From Girardia tigrina (taxonomy: Eukaryota), in NCBI GenBank assembly GCA_001938485.1, contig MQRK01169514.1:1-51097 (forward strand): a DNA stretch of 51,097 nt, written 5' to 3'. Positions 1 through 12,399 of this stretch are shown piece after piece. The notes below the pieces were generated by a model that was given only the letters and a program-made list of their open reading frames with translations, was not told the origin of the DNA and ran no database searches. Each line of letters starts with the position of its first letter. Within the stretch, counting starts at the first letter, position 1. A program made the translations under genes and the position numbers.

Positions 1-758
1 TTTAATTTTTAAAATATTTAGTAAGCAAATTAACATAAAAATATTTTACCCTTTAAATCAAAAAAAATAATAAACTATTCAGGTGAGATAAAAATTTAAA
101 ATTAACCCCTCATAAAAATTATTTATTAAAATTAAGACTCAAAAATCAAAACAAATATAAGTTCAGACAGAAAAATTCAAAAACAAAAAGAATTATAAAA
201 ATAAAAAAATCTTTTAATCGTACCTCAGTAATCCGAAGAATATAAATTATATCATTTATTATTATACTTAATATTTTTATATTTTGTATACAGCGAAATT
301 CGAAAAAAGTATTTTATTTGAAATTATTGGGTCGTCCAAAATGCGAAAAGAAAAATTTTTTTTAACCTTTTTGTCAAATTATATTGTCTTTTTTTAATGT
401 CTCTTTATATTTCCATTATGTAGAAGTTTTAATTTTCTTTCAATGAAAACTTTTTTTTCAAGTATTTTTCATGTTGTTTTCTAAAGTTGAAAATTTGTTG
501 AGACCATATCCTGAATATATGAAGAATGTTGTAAGGGTTGTTTATCTACAATTATTGAAATTCAGAAAGATGGTTTTGGCAAAACCAAGGCCTTTGCTAA
601 ATTAGTTCCCCATGCATAACCTCAGACGAAAAATTAATGAGAGAACAACATTCAAGAAACAGCATTCAAGCAGTAAAGAACTCTCTAAACCTTTTTGATA
701 TCAAGTTGAAGTGGGAATAATATATGACGCAGGTGTTCTTTATATATATAATTATATA

Positions 759-3700
759 GGGAGACCTAAAAAACAGCGTATTTAGAACATTGAAATTTTC
801 ATTTCTAATACGATAGATAATGTATTTGTTTTCTTATCTGATTTGTGCATTAAAAATTGGAGTTGATTAGATTTTTGATTTATTGATTTTATGATCTATT
901 TATTTGTATTGACTTTGTTTTTTTAATATTTTTTAGTTTCTATACTGAGTGTAAATATGACATCTACCACAGGAAACATGGATTTTTTCATTGCAACCTT
1001 ACAAAAGAATGATTATGAAGCTACAGAAATACATTCTCTATTAGTTACTACATGTAGTTAAGAAAATGTATTAGGTTGTTCGATATGAAACGGGTCAAAA
1101 TTAAAGTAAAATGTAAATCGATTTTTTTTAAATAATAACATTTTATTTTTAATCAAAATATACCCCCATGTTGTCAACACANNNNNNNNNNNNNNNNNNN
1201 NNNNNNNNNNNNNNNNNNNNNNNNNNNNNNNNNNNNNNNNNNNNNNNNNNNNNNNNNNNNNNNNNNNNNNNNNNNNNNNNNNNNNNNNNNNNNNNNNNNN
1301 NNNNNNNNNNNNNNNNNNNNNNNNNNNNNNNNNNNNNNNNNNNNNNNNNNNNNNNNNNNNNNNNNNNNNNNNNNNNNNNNNNNNNNNNNNNNNNNNNNNN
1401 NNNNNNNNNNNNNNNNNNNNNNNNNNNNNNNNNNNNNNNNNNNNNNNNNNNNNNNNNNNNNNNNNNNNNNNNNNNNNNNNNNNNNNNNNNNNNNNNNNNN
1501 NNNNNNNNNNNNNNNNNNNNNNNNNNNNNNNNNNNNNNNNNNNNNNNNNNNNNNNNNNNNNNNNNNNNNNNNNNNNNNNNNNNNNNNNNNNNNNNNNNNN
1601 NNNNNNNNNNNNNNNNNNNNNNNNNNNNNNNNNNNNNNNNNNNNNNNNNNNNNNNNNNNNNNNNNNNNNNNNNNNNNNNNNNNNNNNNNNNNNNNNNNNN
1701 NNNNNNNNNNNNNNNNNNNNNNNNNNNNNNNNNNNNNNNNNNNNNNNNNNNNNNNNNNNNNNNNNNNNNNNNNNNNNNNNNNNNNNNNNNNNNNNNNNNN
1801 NNNNNNNNNNNNNNNNNNNNNNNNNNNNNNNNNNNNNNNNNNNNNNNNNNNNNNNNNNNNNNNNNNNNNNNNNNNNNNNNNNNNNNNNNNNNNNNNNNNN
1901 NNNNNNNNNNNNNNNNNNNNNNNNNNNNNNNNNNNNNNNNNNNNNNNNNNNNNNNNNNNNNNNNNNNNNNNNNNNNNNNNNNNNNNNNNNNNNNNNNNNN
2001 NNNNNNNNNNNNNNNNNNNNNNNNNNNNNNNNNNNNNNNNNNNNNNNNNNNNNNNNNNNNNNNNNNNNNNNNNNNNNNNNNNNNNNNNNNNNNNNNNNNN
2101 NNNNNNNNNNNNNNNNNNNNNNNNNNNNNNNNNNNNNNNNNNNNNNNNNNATCTGTCAAGAAATACCTTATTTATTTTCATACGATAGTTCAAAGTTAAG
2201 TTATACGCGATTGAAATGTAAGGTGTGAAATTTGACCCGTTTCATATCGAACAACCTAATATTATTTTTGAAAAGAGTCCAAACCATCTCAAAAGAATAT
2301 GTCTGTGAAGAGAAAGAAGAATTCATTAGAGTTAATGAATCAAGAAGACCGAGAGATGCAAAAAAACAGAAGAAAATATCAATTTTTTACAGGATTTTGT
2401 ATAGAATGATCAAATGGTAAGCATAAATACGCTTTCAGATATCATGGTCAACATTTCAAAGAATTCAGAAACAGAATGTTTATTCGAGATAGATGCTTCA
2501 TATGGTATGAGTCATAACTTCAATGAAAGTCAGAAAAGAGCACGGGTAGAAGATGCCCAGAAAACTTTGAATGAACAACACAGAAACGTTGTAGTAATAA
2601 ATGAGAAGTGATTCTATTCCATCGTGCATAAGTAGATCCTGGTTGAAACCATCCACAAAAATTTAAGTGTATCATGGTCGATAACAATTGAGGCTATGAA
2701 CTTTCGTGGTTACAATTATTTTAAAGTGTTAAGCCAAGGTGAAAAGAGAGCAAACAAATTTGTAAAATTACTTGTATTTGTGAACTTGCTTTTAGCATTT
2801 AGAAACTTCAACAGACAACTTCAACAGTACAAAGAAGATGATAAAAAAATCACTGTTAAACACAAAACATGACAAAGTAGCATTTTAATAAATAAATCAC
2901 TTAATTTTTTGTATTAATTGTCTTTGGTGGATATGTTTTCTTAACAACTAGGAATAGGATTTATTTTGATAAAGATTGGACGTTGGATTGTAGAAAGACG
3001 ATTGTTTAGAGTGGATTTGCTTTATTGTTTCTTTTTTTATTTTCTAATCTCCTTCTTAGTATTTAGATCAAGTTGCCAATGTCAGTAGATTGGTAAAAGC
3101 TCTCAATTTCCTTTGGAAATAATTTGTTTTCGGTTTATTTTTTATTTGGTATGATTGAAAAATTTTGGTAGTTTTCATATTTAATTGTTGGTTACTTTAC
3201 AATTTTAAAATCTAAATTTCAAACGGAAAACCAATTTTTCAATTTTTAATATAATTTCTGTTATAAATATTATTATTTATTTATCTATATAAATCGTGAA
3301 ATTTTTTTAATTATTATTAATTTTTTTCCTCTATTTTAATTTCTTAAGACCAACTGTTTGGCGGTAACAGATTAATGTATTACTCCCCAAACGTTACTGA
3401 TCCCAATCAAGCCATTTAAATGTATGCACGATAATGCCTCTTCAAAAACATTGAAAATGACAGAAACTTTTAGGGAAAAAGATCACATTCTAGGAATTCC
3501 TCAGCCCCCCTTGTCTCCTGATATAAATTGTTTAGGTATATGGAGACGTTAAAAAGATACAACTGAGGAAATGAAACATTTTTTGACATAAATCTTGGGT
3601 AAGCAAACCCGTTATAAACTATTTATTGAAATCAACAAATTGCAGGAGGACCAAGGAAAAGTTAATTGTGTAGTATTAACTTTATAATTACATCAATTAT

Positions 3701-3807
3701 ATCTGTAATTTTATTAAAGTTTTAATTTCTACGTGGGCGTTTTTAATCTTTCGTAAAAACGTGAACAAATTAACGATGTTAGATAAAACCTCTTTTTTGG
3801 GTCCCCT
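759..3807 (+). mobile_element. Old degenerate mariner-like (DD34D-type) element hosting later insertions
   Basis: Imperfect TIRs (about 24/34 match, counting the flanking TA) with TA on both sides; HTH-like ATEIHSLL..|LKRVQTISKE..RRPR split by a young mariner; VVINEK*FY; MHDNA...PPLSPDINC near 3424-3530. Confidence 0.65.
1071..2259 (-). mobile_element. Young mariner A; transposase almost entirely inside the N-gap
   Basis: Perfect 29-bp TIR ttaggttgttcgatatgaaacgggtcaaa; TA TSD; C-terminus CVDNMGVYFD*. Confidence 0.92.
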
Positions 3808-3812
3808 TATTT

Positions 3813-3981
3813 AAGTGGTTTCCAACCTGTGGGGCGCGAGACTTTTGCGAGGGGGCATGCAGCTGCTTCCAAAATATCATTTTCGAATACAAACCAAAAA
3901 AATTGAATAGGTGTCGCAATAAATGAATCAACAATTTTTTTTAAAAGTGGGGCGCCGGTACAAAAAGGTTGGAAACCACTG
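3813..3981. mobile_element. hAT (Buster/Charlie-like) MITE
   Basis: TIR (c/a)agtggtttccaacct; 8-bp TSD ccttattt/ccttatgt with central TA. Confidence 0.85.
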
Positions 3982-4336
3982 CCTTATGTAACTATGAGTT
4001 AATAAATATTACATAAAATTCCGTGTTTCTTTTAAACATGAGCTCATATTTCAGATTTTATTTGTTATTTAAAAAACGGTTTATCAAATAAATTAAAAAA
4101 ATATTTCTTCATTTAAAAATTATATTATTAGGAATAATAAAATTAAATTACGGATCTCTTTAATGAATTCAGATAAACAAATCGGATAATATTTTGTTTA
4201 AAACAAAATGGAATTAGTCTTGACAACTCTTAATGAGGTTGGGTAAATATATTGAAAAACAATTCAATATGATTGATATTCATTAGGTTCAAAGTATTTT
4301 TCCACGAAAAATAATTTTATATTAATTAATTTTTAA

Positions 4337-4342
<6 letters not shown>

Positions 4343-4374
<32 letters not shown>
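4343..4374. repeat. (TA)n microsatellite
   Basis: Direct reading. Confidence 0.95.
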
Positions 4375-4378
<4 letters not shown>

Positions 4379-4463
4379 TTCATTTATTATTACGATGTCC
4401 CTGAAGTAGTGCTCCATATTATTTTTATACAAATAATAGCACTTTTAATTATCATTATCATAG

Positions 4464-4679
4464 AGGATCTTCAAATTGTCTGATCTCTTGAACAAAACCA
4501 AACCTGAGGCTTTCAGTTATGATTTTTTTACCCTCAGTAAAGAGTACGTAAATGATTTGGATACGCAACAGTTTTTAGACAATTTTAAAGAGAATATTCA
4601 AAGATATACCGATCCAATGATCGGGGGCTATTTCACGAAAAAGTATTTTCTGTATCTTGTTGAAAAATACGTTTTGTAA
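4464..4679 (+). pseudogene. Unidentified terminal-exon-like coding fragment
   Basis: catag acceptor; 71 open codons then stop; possible upstream exon ending gag|gttggg at about 4238 carries stops. Confidence 0.25.
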
Positions 4680-4854
4680 TAGACTTATAGGATCAGCCTT
4701 AAGACAGTCAAACAAAAAGGTCTGAAAAAGTCTAAATAAGTTTCTCATGTGCCATTTCAATTATTGATAAAAATAAGAACTAATAGTTTCCTACTCTTAT
4801 ATTCCATCTAAGACCATCCTCGAAGGTATTTCTGATGAGGGTCTTCCACATTTC

Positions 4855-5200
4855 AATTTGGATTGTTTTCTGATCAAAAATATGGGTTTTCTTCCCTTTT
4901 TGATTAAAATTGCTTCATCACTAAAGAATATTGAAGAATCATTTACGTGATTACGCATTCATTCACAGATTCCCAAGCACTATGTAAATATTGTACAAGA
5001 TGAACTTTTTATGGATGAAATTTGTGACTCGTGAAAGAATGATACACTAATGACTTTTAATCGTTAACTCTTGGCTTATACTTTTTCGTCGCAACCATAG
5101 CCGATTTTTCTTCATCAGATTTTTCACTGCATCTCTCGGTCAGCTACTGACACAGTTTTGTGGAAGCAGTGATAGGGCTTACTGATTATACTTGATAAAG
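4855..5200 (-). mobile_element. Tc1/mariner (DD41D/DD37D-like) transposase relic
   Basis: HKFHP*KVHLVQ...IFFSDEA...SENNP motifs. Confidence 0.6.
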
Positions 5201-5267
5201 TTGATTGTTATTGGATTCGTAAGCTTCAGAGCGTTATCTTCCAGATATATAAACCAGTTTAAATTTC

Positions 5268-5732
5268 TTGTTTTAATAGTTTCAAATGGTGTTTATTATA
5301 TGTTAAGTTTTGTATGTTGCTTTTAGAATTGTGTTTCTACAAATCGAAGATTGATGTTTTGAATGTTTTGAGTTTTCGGATTATTCAGAAAATTTGAAAT
5401 GTAAATAACAATTTTTAAATTAAATTAATATATTTAAATCAATAAATATATAAGAATATTTTAATCATAACTAATTTATTTAAAATAAATTAAATATTTT
5501 TGAAAATATTTTAAAATTATTTTGTAATTTAAATTTGTTTGAATAATGAGTGGTTTAGAAATAGAATTAAAATTTATTAATCAAGATCGATGTCTAACTA
5601 CGAAAGTTTTGTGGAGAATTGTCCTGGAGGCAATTTGAGATTTTATGTCAATTAAAGTATTGGATTATATATTGGTGTTCTTAATCCTTGAAAACTCTTT
5701 GAAATTAATTTTCCCAAAGAGAGTAGCTCTCA
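5268..5732 (+). repeat. Diverged LTR of the TGTGAGG family
   Basis: Shares tatgtt..gtatgttg, gatcgatgtc and gtgttcttaat blocks with the LTR copies at 33870, 46793 and 44920; ends ctctca; no TSD found. Confidence 0.5.
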
Positions 5733-5879
5733 GCGTTCGGGCCCATGAGAATGCGGCCCTCACTTGTTAATGAGTAAAAGCCAATCGATCATTTTCACTA
5801 ATTCTTGATATATTTTTATACTGCGTTCATAATACAATTTCGTTTTCATATTATCATCACACAATTGACAGAACAATTA

Positions 5880-6270
5880 GTTGGCAAGTACAAAAACCCA
5901 GAAAAAAGGACAGTAACAAATATGATTCCACAATTCTAAATCGCTAAAGAAAAATATCTGACATCAATCACAACGGTAAAATGTATGATAGAAGTGTTCC
6001 CAATCAGTGTTTCTCCAAATATGCCAAGCTACAACCCCACATGGCACATCACACTTTAACCAGTGATTCATCCATTTAAAATACGTGTCAAATGTCTTGG
6101 TACATTGACATCTATGAATTGTATTAGTTTTCCAATTTGACATTTCTAAATGACTGTCGAAGTCCGTTTCTGATTGAAATCCAGTACCACAAATATTACT
6201 GATCTCCTGGATGGTTTCGAAATAACAGAGAACACTTTGCGATAATGTTTCGGGTTTCTCAACCAGTTAT
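5880..6270 (-). pseudogene. Decayed multi-zinc-finger coding fragment
   Basis: (S)NICGTGFQSETDFDSH, CQCTKTFDTYFKWMNHWLKC and YRCD*CQIFFFSDLELWNHICYC in one frame with internal stops. Confidence 0.55.
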
Positions 6271-6980
6271 TTAATTGATTCTGACAGCAATTGGTGATGG
6301 TAACAATCAACAATTACATAATATTTTTCCTAAAGTTTATTTATATTTGATCGAACATTGTGTTCAAATAACTGTCGTTCTTCTTTAACTTCCCCGATCG
6401 ATACCTTAATCATTTTCTTTTTTATTTTTAATTTAAATAATTTTTGATGTGGAACAATACTCATTGTATAAATCTTCTTTAAATGTATATTTATACCAAA
6501 ATTATATATTAATAGATTATTTATTTTTGTTATTTATAACACTAAGTATTTTATATTTTATATATAAATAATTTCATATTATAATTATTCATAATAAATT
6601 ATTATTTTATACACTTAACGACATTAAGTCGTTAAGTTAAATTTAAAAAGTAAATTTAAATTATAATGATCAATTCATTGATCACAAATATTAAAATTAA
6701 TTATTAAAATTATTATTCTTTTGTTTGTTTCAATGACATTTATCACCATGTTTGAAATAGAATTCATAGAGCATTTTATTTCAAGCGCTTCAAATATTAT
6801 TATCAACTCGTAATTAATTTTCAATTTTGGCCGACATTTCAATTTCAAATCTCTTCACAAATAGATACAAAAAAGAAAAACTCTCTATTCTAGTATACAA
6901 CTAGCCCAGTCATTTATCTGAATATTAATACCAATTTTCTGTGCGATCTTTTCAATCTTAGTCTTCACCTATTCGTCTAC

Positions 6981-7075
6981 CTTGTGTGAAAATCAATGTA
7001 AGAAGTATTTGGCATTATTGTTTCTGACAATTGTTCTTTCCTTTGTGATTTATTTCTTTGAACTCCTACACCTAT
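6981..7075 (-). CDS. Possible next host exon (phase 0 to 2), IGVGVQRNKS...IDFHT
   Basis: Acceptor taacag; open and in phase with the previous exon; weak donor ag|gtagac. Confidence 0.35.
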
Positions 7076-7155
7076 CTGTTAACGTTTCGATTTATTATTT
7101 ATATTTATTCCAGTTATTAAAAAAATATTCTAACAATTTTATTTTTATTTATATA

Positions 7156-7498
7156 CTAGAATAAGACCCGTCATATATGACGGAAGAACTGAATTTTCTT
7201 TGAAAGTTTCTGTTTTAATTTTAAAATCATAATGGATGAACAAAATTAAAACAGAAACTTTCAAAGAAGGAAATTCAGCTCTTCCGTCATATATGACGGG
7301 TTTTTTCTAGTATATAATAAGAACATATGATACAATCATTAGATACAGTTTGAATATATCGATAGATATAAATAACCATCATACATTATTGTATCACTCG
7401 CCCTAACACAATCACACACACTCTCTCTCATTCATGTGTGTTCGTGTGCGTATTTCTATCGCAGCAAACTTTGAGTGTTACGCAGATGAAACTCTGGG

Positions 7499-7545
<47 letters not shown>
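7156..7545 (-). mobile_element. Non-autonomous Helitron copy A with an inverted duplication of its 3' terminus
   Basis: CCGTCA-tata-TGACGG hairpin then CTAG|T at both 7156 (minus) and 7310 (plus); 5' part and (TA)n homologous to copy B. Confidence 0.75.
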
Positions 7546-7548
<3 letters not shown>

Positions 7549-7837
7549 TCAAAGTAGTGAAAGGAATATAAACCTCATATTATTAAACGGTCGCATTCCT
7601 TTCAGTATTTTTATATTTTTTAATTTATACACTCATAATTATAAGTAAAATAAAAAAAAGAGAAACAATGAAGTTCAATATGATTTAATTAGTTATTATT
7701 TAACCCCTTTCGCTAATTTTCCTTCGACAATTCGAGCATCTATTATAATTGTGATCAACAAAAATGTTTTACGTTTTTTGTTTTTATAAAAAACGTATAT
7801 TATGAGCGACTTTTAAGACATATATAAATTAACTCAC

Positions 7838-8047
7838 ATTTTTGTTTTCTAGAAAATCCTCCGATAAAAAAGACTGATTTGTCTTGGCGAAATTTGGTGA
7901 TATGTAAGCTTCCGTTTTGACAGTACTTTGTTCCACTGTTGCGCTTGAAACTTTATTCTCTTTCACTGGAATAATCACACTGGATTCCGGTTTGACCCCT
8001 CTCTCAAGGCTGGAATATTTGAAATTGGAAGATGAACTCGATGTCTT
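7838..8047 (-). CDS. Host gene exon (phase 0-0), KTSSSSSNFKYSSLERG...DFLENKN
   Basis: Acceptor ttattttag, consensus donor gtgagt; 210 nt open. Confidence 0.7.
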
Positions 8048-8579
8048 CTAAAATAAATGATTTAGTTTTAAATAACGATTTAATGTGCAAAATTTACATT
8101 TTAAAAGAATAATATGTGATTTATACTTAATTAAAATTTAGTCACTCTAGTTGGGCAAACTATTGATAACATATGTAACCGATAATACTTGAATACAGAT
8201 TGATATTATCAAGTTCTCCACAAAATGGTTCCTACTTGAAATGATTGGACTTTATATTACATGTATTAAACAGTTGGAAATAAAGGACTTTTCCAGTAAT
8301 TTACCGATCCAATTATTATGGGTTAAGTCCATTTCTTAATTTATCAACAATTCTAAAAAGCTACTTTAACAGTTAGAAAATGACGTTTACTTTACTCCTT
8401 GAACCTACTTCCAGTACTGGTTTTGTGATCCGCTAATTCATCGTTCTGCTTAATTATTTAGTAATACGTACATTTTCAAAAGACCTACTCATGCATTAGT
8501 AACTGTGAGTCCAATAAGGTAAATATATGGTTAAAGTTATGATTACTTTTTAACTATATGTTTTTTCTCTTGTAGACTA

Positions 8580-9552
8580 ATGAAATTGATGAACAAATAA
8601 CGACTCAACATTAAATTTCAAGTGAAACACGGGAAAACTCTCAAGAAATTCGTAAAATGTGACGGCTGTTTATGGAAGAAAACATTTAAAAGAACATCTT
8701 TGATCAAGTGGACTAAAGTTTTTTAGAAAAGGTAGTGAAGACCGTAAGGCCATCGTCGAACTCAATTGTGTTTACTAACAGTCGATCTACTGTACGAATG
8801 ATTGCTGATGAACTAAACTTTTGAAACTATTTGTCCACATAACTCTAACAAAACTCTAACAATTTGGTTGAGGAAATTGTTTTTGCAAAAATTGTCCCAA
8901 AGTTACCGACATCTAATCAAAAGCAAATAAATGACGTATTGTTGCACTGACTCGAAAAAATACTTTCAAAATCTAAGTTTTCATGAAAGGATTATCATGA
9001 GTGCAGAATCATGGTTCTATGAGACCTGAAATAACAGATCCGGTGATTAAGAATCAAAAAATGTTGAAAAAACCAGAATAAATCGAAAAGTACGAATGCT
9101 GCATTGTACCGGGAGATTTACATGCGGTTGAGGGATCGTACGAATCAAGTATGACGAAATTTCTTTGATGGTGTGGGATTGCTTTTTTTGCAATGTACCC
9201 GGTCATTCTAAAATTATTGTCTGCAAATGTTTCGTCCGTAATTCCCTCTCAAAGACAGTTACCTTTTCCTACTTGCAAAACTAAGCTCCAGCGACTTATT
9301 CTTATTCTTAAAATGGAAAATTGGGAAGCGGCACTAGGATGATGTGGAGACGCTAACACTTGAAACGATGAGGCAACTAAAGAGCTTGACTTCTGATGAC
9401 TTACATGGATGTTTCGAACATTGGAGACGAAGACGGGACAGGTGCATTGGTATAATTTGGGTACATTTTTAAAGGAACAAGTTTGGTGTACCTACACGTT
9501 TAAAAATAAACTTTTTGTGATCTTCGTTTTCATGTTTATGGGACAGATTATA
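8580..9552 (+). mobile_element. Degenerate mariner relic (irritans-like)
   Basis: EQ*RLNIKFQVKHGKT..., CAKIVPKL, GCFEHWRRRRDRCI; right end tttatgggacagattata; many frameshifts. Confidence 0.7.
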
Positions 9553-9554
9553 TA

Positions 9555-10919
9555 TTAGGTTGGTCGAAAAATAATGGCGGTTTTGGGACACAAACTTCAA
9601 AGACGTGCAAATTCACAGAAACAAAAGTTTATTAATCAAAGTATGAACCGTTGGAATCAATACATTTTTGCCAACGAGAAACAAGTTGTTTTATTCCATC
9701 AGCATAAAATGAATCGGTTCTCGAAGCGACGAATTCTTGGAAAGCATTTTGAGCATCATTTTGGTTTTTGAAAATTTTTTCCCGTAGGAAGTTGTACAAA
9801 TGCCTGAAAAAGTAGAAGTCCGTTGGCGAGAGGTCTGGTGAATATGGTGGATGAAGAAGGGTTTCATAGCCCAACTCATTAAGCTTTTGAAGAGTCACTT
9901 TTGAAATATGAGGTTTAGCGTTATCATGAAGAAGGATGTGACTTTTTCGATTGACCAATCCCGGACAAAGGGTTTTCAATTTTTTATGCATTTTATCAAT
10001 TTCATGACAGTACCTCTCCGCTGAGATTGTTTCACCTGGATTCAAGAAACTATAGTGGATGATTCCAGTATCACACCACCAAACTGTTACCATAACCTTA
10101 CGGGGTGTTAGTTTCGGTTTTGGAAAGTGTTTCGGTACTTCATCTTTGTCCAACCACTGTGTAGATCGACGTCGGTTATCATACAGGATCCATTTCTCAT
10201 CACAGGTAACAATACGATCAAGAAATGGATCGTTTTTATTGCGAAGATGATTGACAGAACAAATTTCATAGGATCGGTTCTTTTGATTTTCATTCAAATC
10301 ATGGGGAACCCATTTATCAAGTTTCTTGATTTTTCCAAGTTGTTTTAAATGATTCAGGAATGTTGAATGACTAATTCCCAACCCATCTGCAATTTCTCTG
10401 ATTGTTGTACGGGGATCTGTTTCCACCATTGTCCTCAAATTGTCGTTGTTCACAGCAACTGGACGACCACGACCTTCTTCATCTTCAAGGTTTTCNNNNN
10501 NNNNNNNNNNNNNNNNNNNNNNNNNNNNNNNNNNNNNNNNNNNNNNNNNNNNNNNNNNNNNNNNNNNNNNNNNNNNNNNNNNNNNNNNNNNNNNNNNNNN
10601 NNNNNNNNNNNNNNNNNNNNNNNNNNNNNNNNNNNNNNNNNNNNNNNNNNNNNNNNNNNNNNNNNNNNNNNNNNNNNNNNNNNNNNNNNNNNNNNNNNNN
10701 NNNNNNNNNNNNNNNNNNNNNNNNNNNNNNNNNNNNNNNNNNNNNNNNNNNNNNNNNNNNNNNNNNNNNNNNNNNNNNNNNNNNNNNNNNNNNNNNNNNN
10801 NNNTAGGCATAAGATTTCAAATAATATCTAACACTAATGCATTTAAACTTATATACATATCAAAGTAGATAAACAAAGTTTAAAGCTCAAAAACCGCCAT
10901 TATTTTTCGACCAACCTAA
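9555..10919 (-). mobile_element. Young mariner B (cecropia subfamily, Hsmar1-like)
   Basis: TIR ttaggttggtcgaaaaataatggcggtttt; TA TSD. Confidence 0.95.
9632..10495 (-). CDS. Mariner DD34D transposase (visible part open; N-terminus in the gap)
   Basis: WVPHDL, IVTCDEKW, LLHDNAKPH, YSPDLSPTD, CIDSNGSYFD*. Confidence 0.92.
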   Translation of the reverse strand, partial: ENLEDEEGRGRPVAVNNDNLRTMVETDPRTTIREIADGLGISHSTFLNHLKQLGKIKKLDKWVPHDLNENQKNRSYEICSVNHLRNKNDPFLDRIVTCDEKWILYDNRRRSTQWLDKDEVPKHFPKPKLTPRKVMVTVWWCDTGIIHYSFLNPGETISAERYCHEIDKMHKKLKTLCPGLVNRKSHILLHDNAKPHISKVTLQKLNELGYETLLHPPYSPDLSPTDFYFFRHLYNFLREKIFKNQNDAQNAFQEFVASRTDSFYADGIKQLVSRWQKCIDSNGSYFD

Positions 10920-11999
10920 TATTTATTCATTGTTAACATTATGTATTTTATTAAAATATATTCTTTAAAAAATAGAGTGCTATATTAAATATATTTTCAC
11001 AAGCATTTTGAAGAGGCTAGAAGATTTAGATGTAACATAATAATGTTAAACATTATATCAAAAAAAGGTTTAAAAAATTTTGAGGAGGGTCACCGAATAA
11101 TTTATCGATAAATTTACAAAATACATTACATAAAAAATAACGAATACACTTTAAATAGTAATTTTATACAATAATTTTTCGTTAATTATTTTTAATTTTT
11201 ATTTTAATTAATTAATCAAAAAATCACAAAAAAAATTTATTAACATTTTGATTCAGAAAATCAAAAATAATTTTCCGTCAAAGATTTAATTAACGTTTAT
11301 TTAATTTACTTTTCACTTAAAATTTTTTTAATTTTCCTTAATTAAATTTTTTTGTTAAAAAAATCATAAAAATTCAATTAAAAAGAAATAGAAAGGAAAA
11401 TTTAATTAAAATATATTAATTTAATATGAAAATATTATTCATTTTGATTGCTGAAAGTAGTAAACCGAGCCGATGTTTTGTCACAAATGAATTTGCGATC
11501 TCAAATTAAATTAATTTTTTGTTTCCCTCCTGACAAAAAAGAGCCCCAACAAAAGCAAACCCATTCACTCGTGCCACTGGAGAAAAGAACACATAAAATC
11601 ATTCGTACATGGAGATTAAAATTAAAAATTTATTATTTCTTTTTTTATCCTCCCCCGCCAAAAAAAATAAATACATAATTAAACGTTTTTAATGAAACGA
11701 CTTTCAAATAATGGAGAACATTAAGGGCAAATTGTTGAAAGAGAAAGAAACTGGGAAAATATTTTTTATGAGAACAATTTCGATTTAGAATATAATGAAA
11801 GTTTATAAATAATATATTTTATATGTTATATATCTTTATTTGTTATGAATAATAAATTATTCAAAATAAACTGAGAATTAATACATAGAGTGAATAAAAG
11901 GTCATATGTTTGAACTGAAATATAAATGATGAATCTATTAAGTGTTATATTTATAACAAATGAAACGTGTTAGTAAATGAGGAAATTCTCTTTTATATA

Positions 12000-12195
12000 T
12001 GTGAGGAATGTTCTGAATTGTTTGTTGTTTTATCATGCGCATGTTTTATGTTGATTCGGATTGTGCCTCTCCTACCCAGATGGATGAATGGTATTTTCTT
12101 TGATTCGTGTAAAAATAGTGATTCGGAGGTATCGTCAAATCACTATTTTTACTATATAATAAAAGTTGACAACAAATCTAAACTAGCCCGACTCA
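12000..12195 (+). mobile_element. Solo LTR (Gypsy, TGTGAGG family)
   Basis: TG...CA termini; 5-bp TSD ATATA; first about 105 bp match the LTR at 45321-45220, which follows a PPT and integrase. Confidence 0.8.
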
Positions 12196-12399
12196 ATATA
12201 TCAAGGAATTGCGTTAGATTAGTTTAGAGTTCGGGAAGATAAAACAATTACGTCAAAAGAAAAACGACTAACGAAAATCTCTTTTAATTTAACACAAAGC
12301 AAAGTTACATACGATACTATCATCGATAAGTAATGTCATAATTTGTATAGTCATTATTAAATTAATGATCTTCGATCGATTAAATTAATTCACTAATTA

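Noticed and set aside
1168-2199. Long ORFs spanning N-runs
   Set aside because: Artefacts of stop-free Ns
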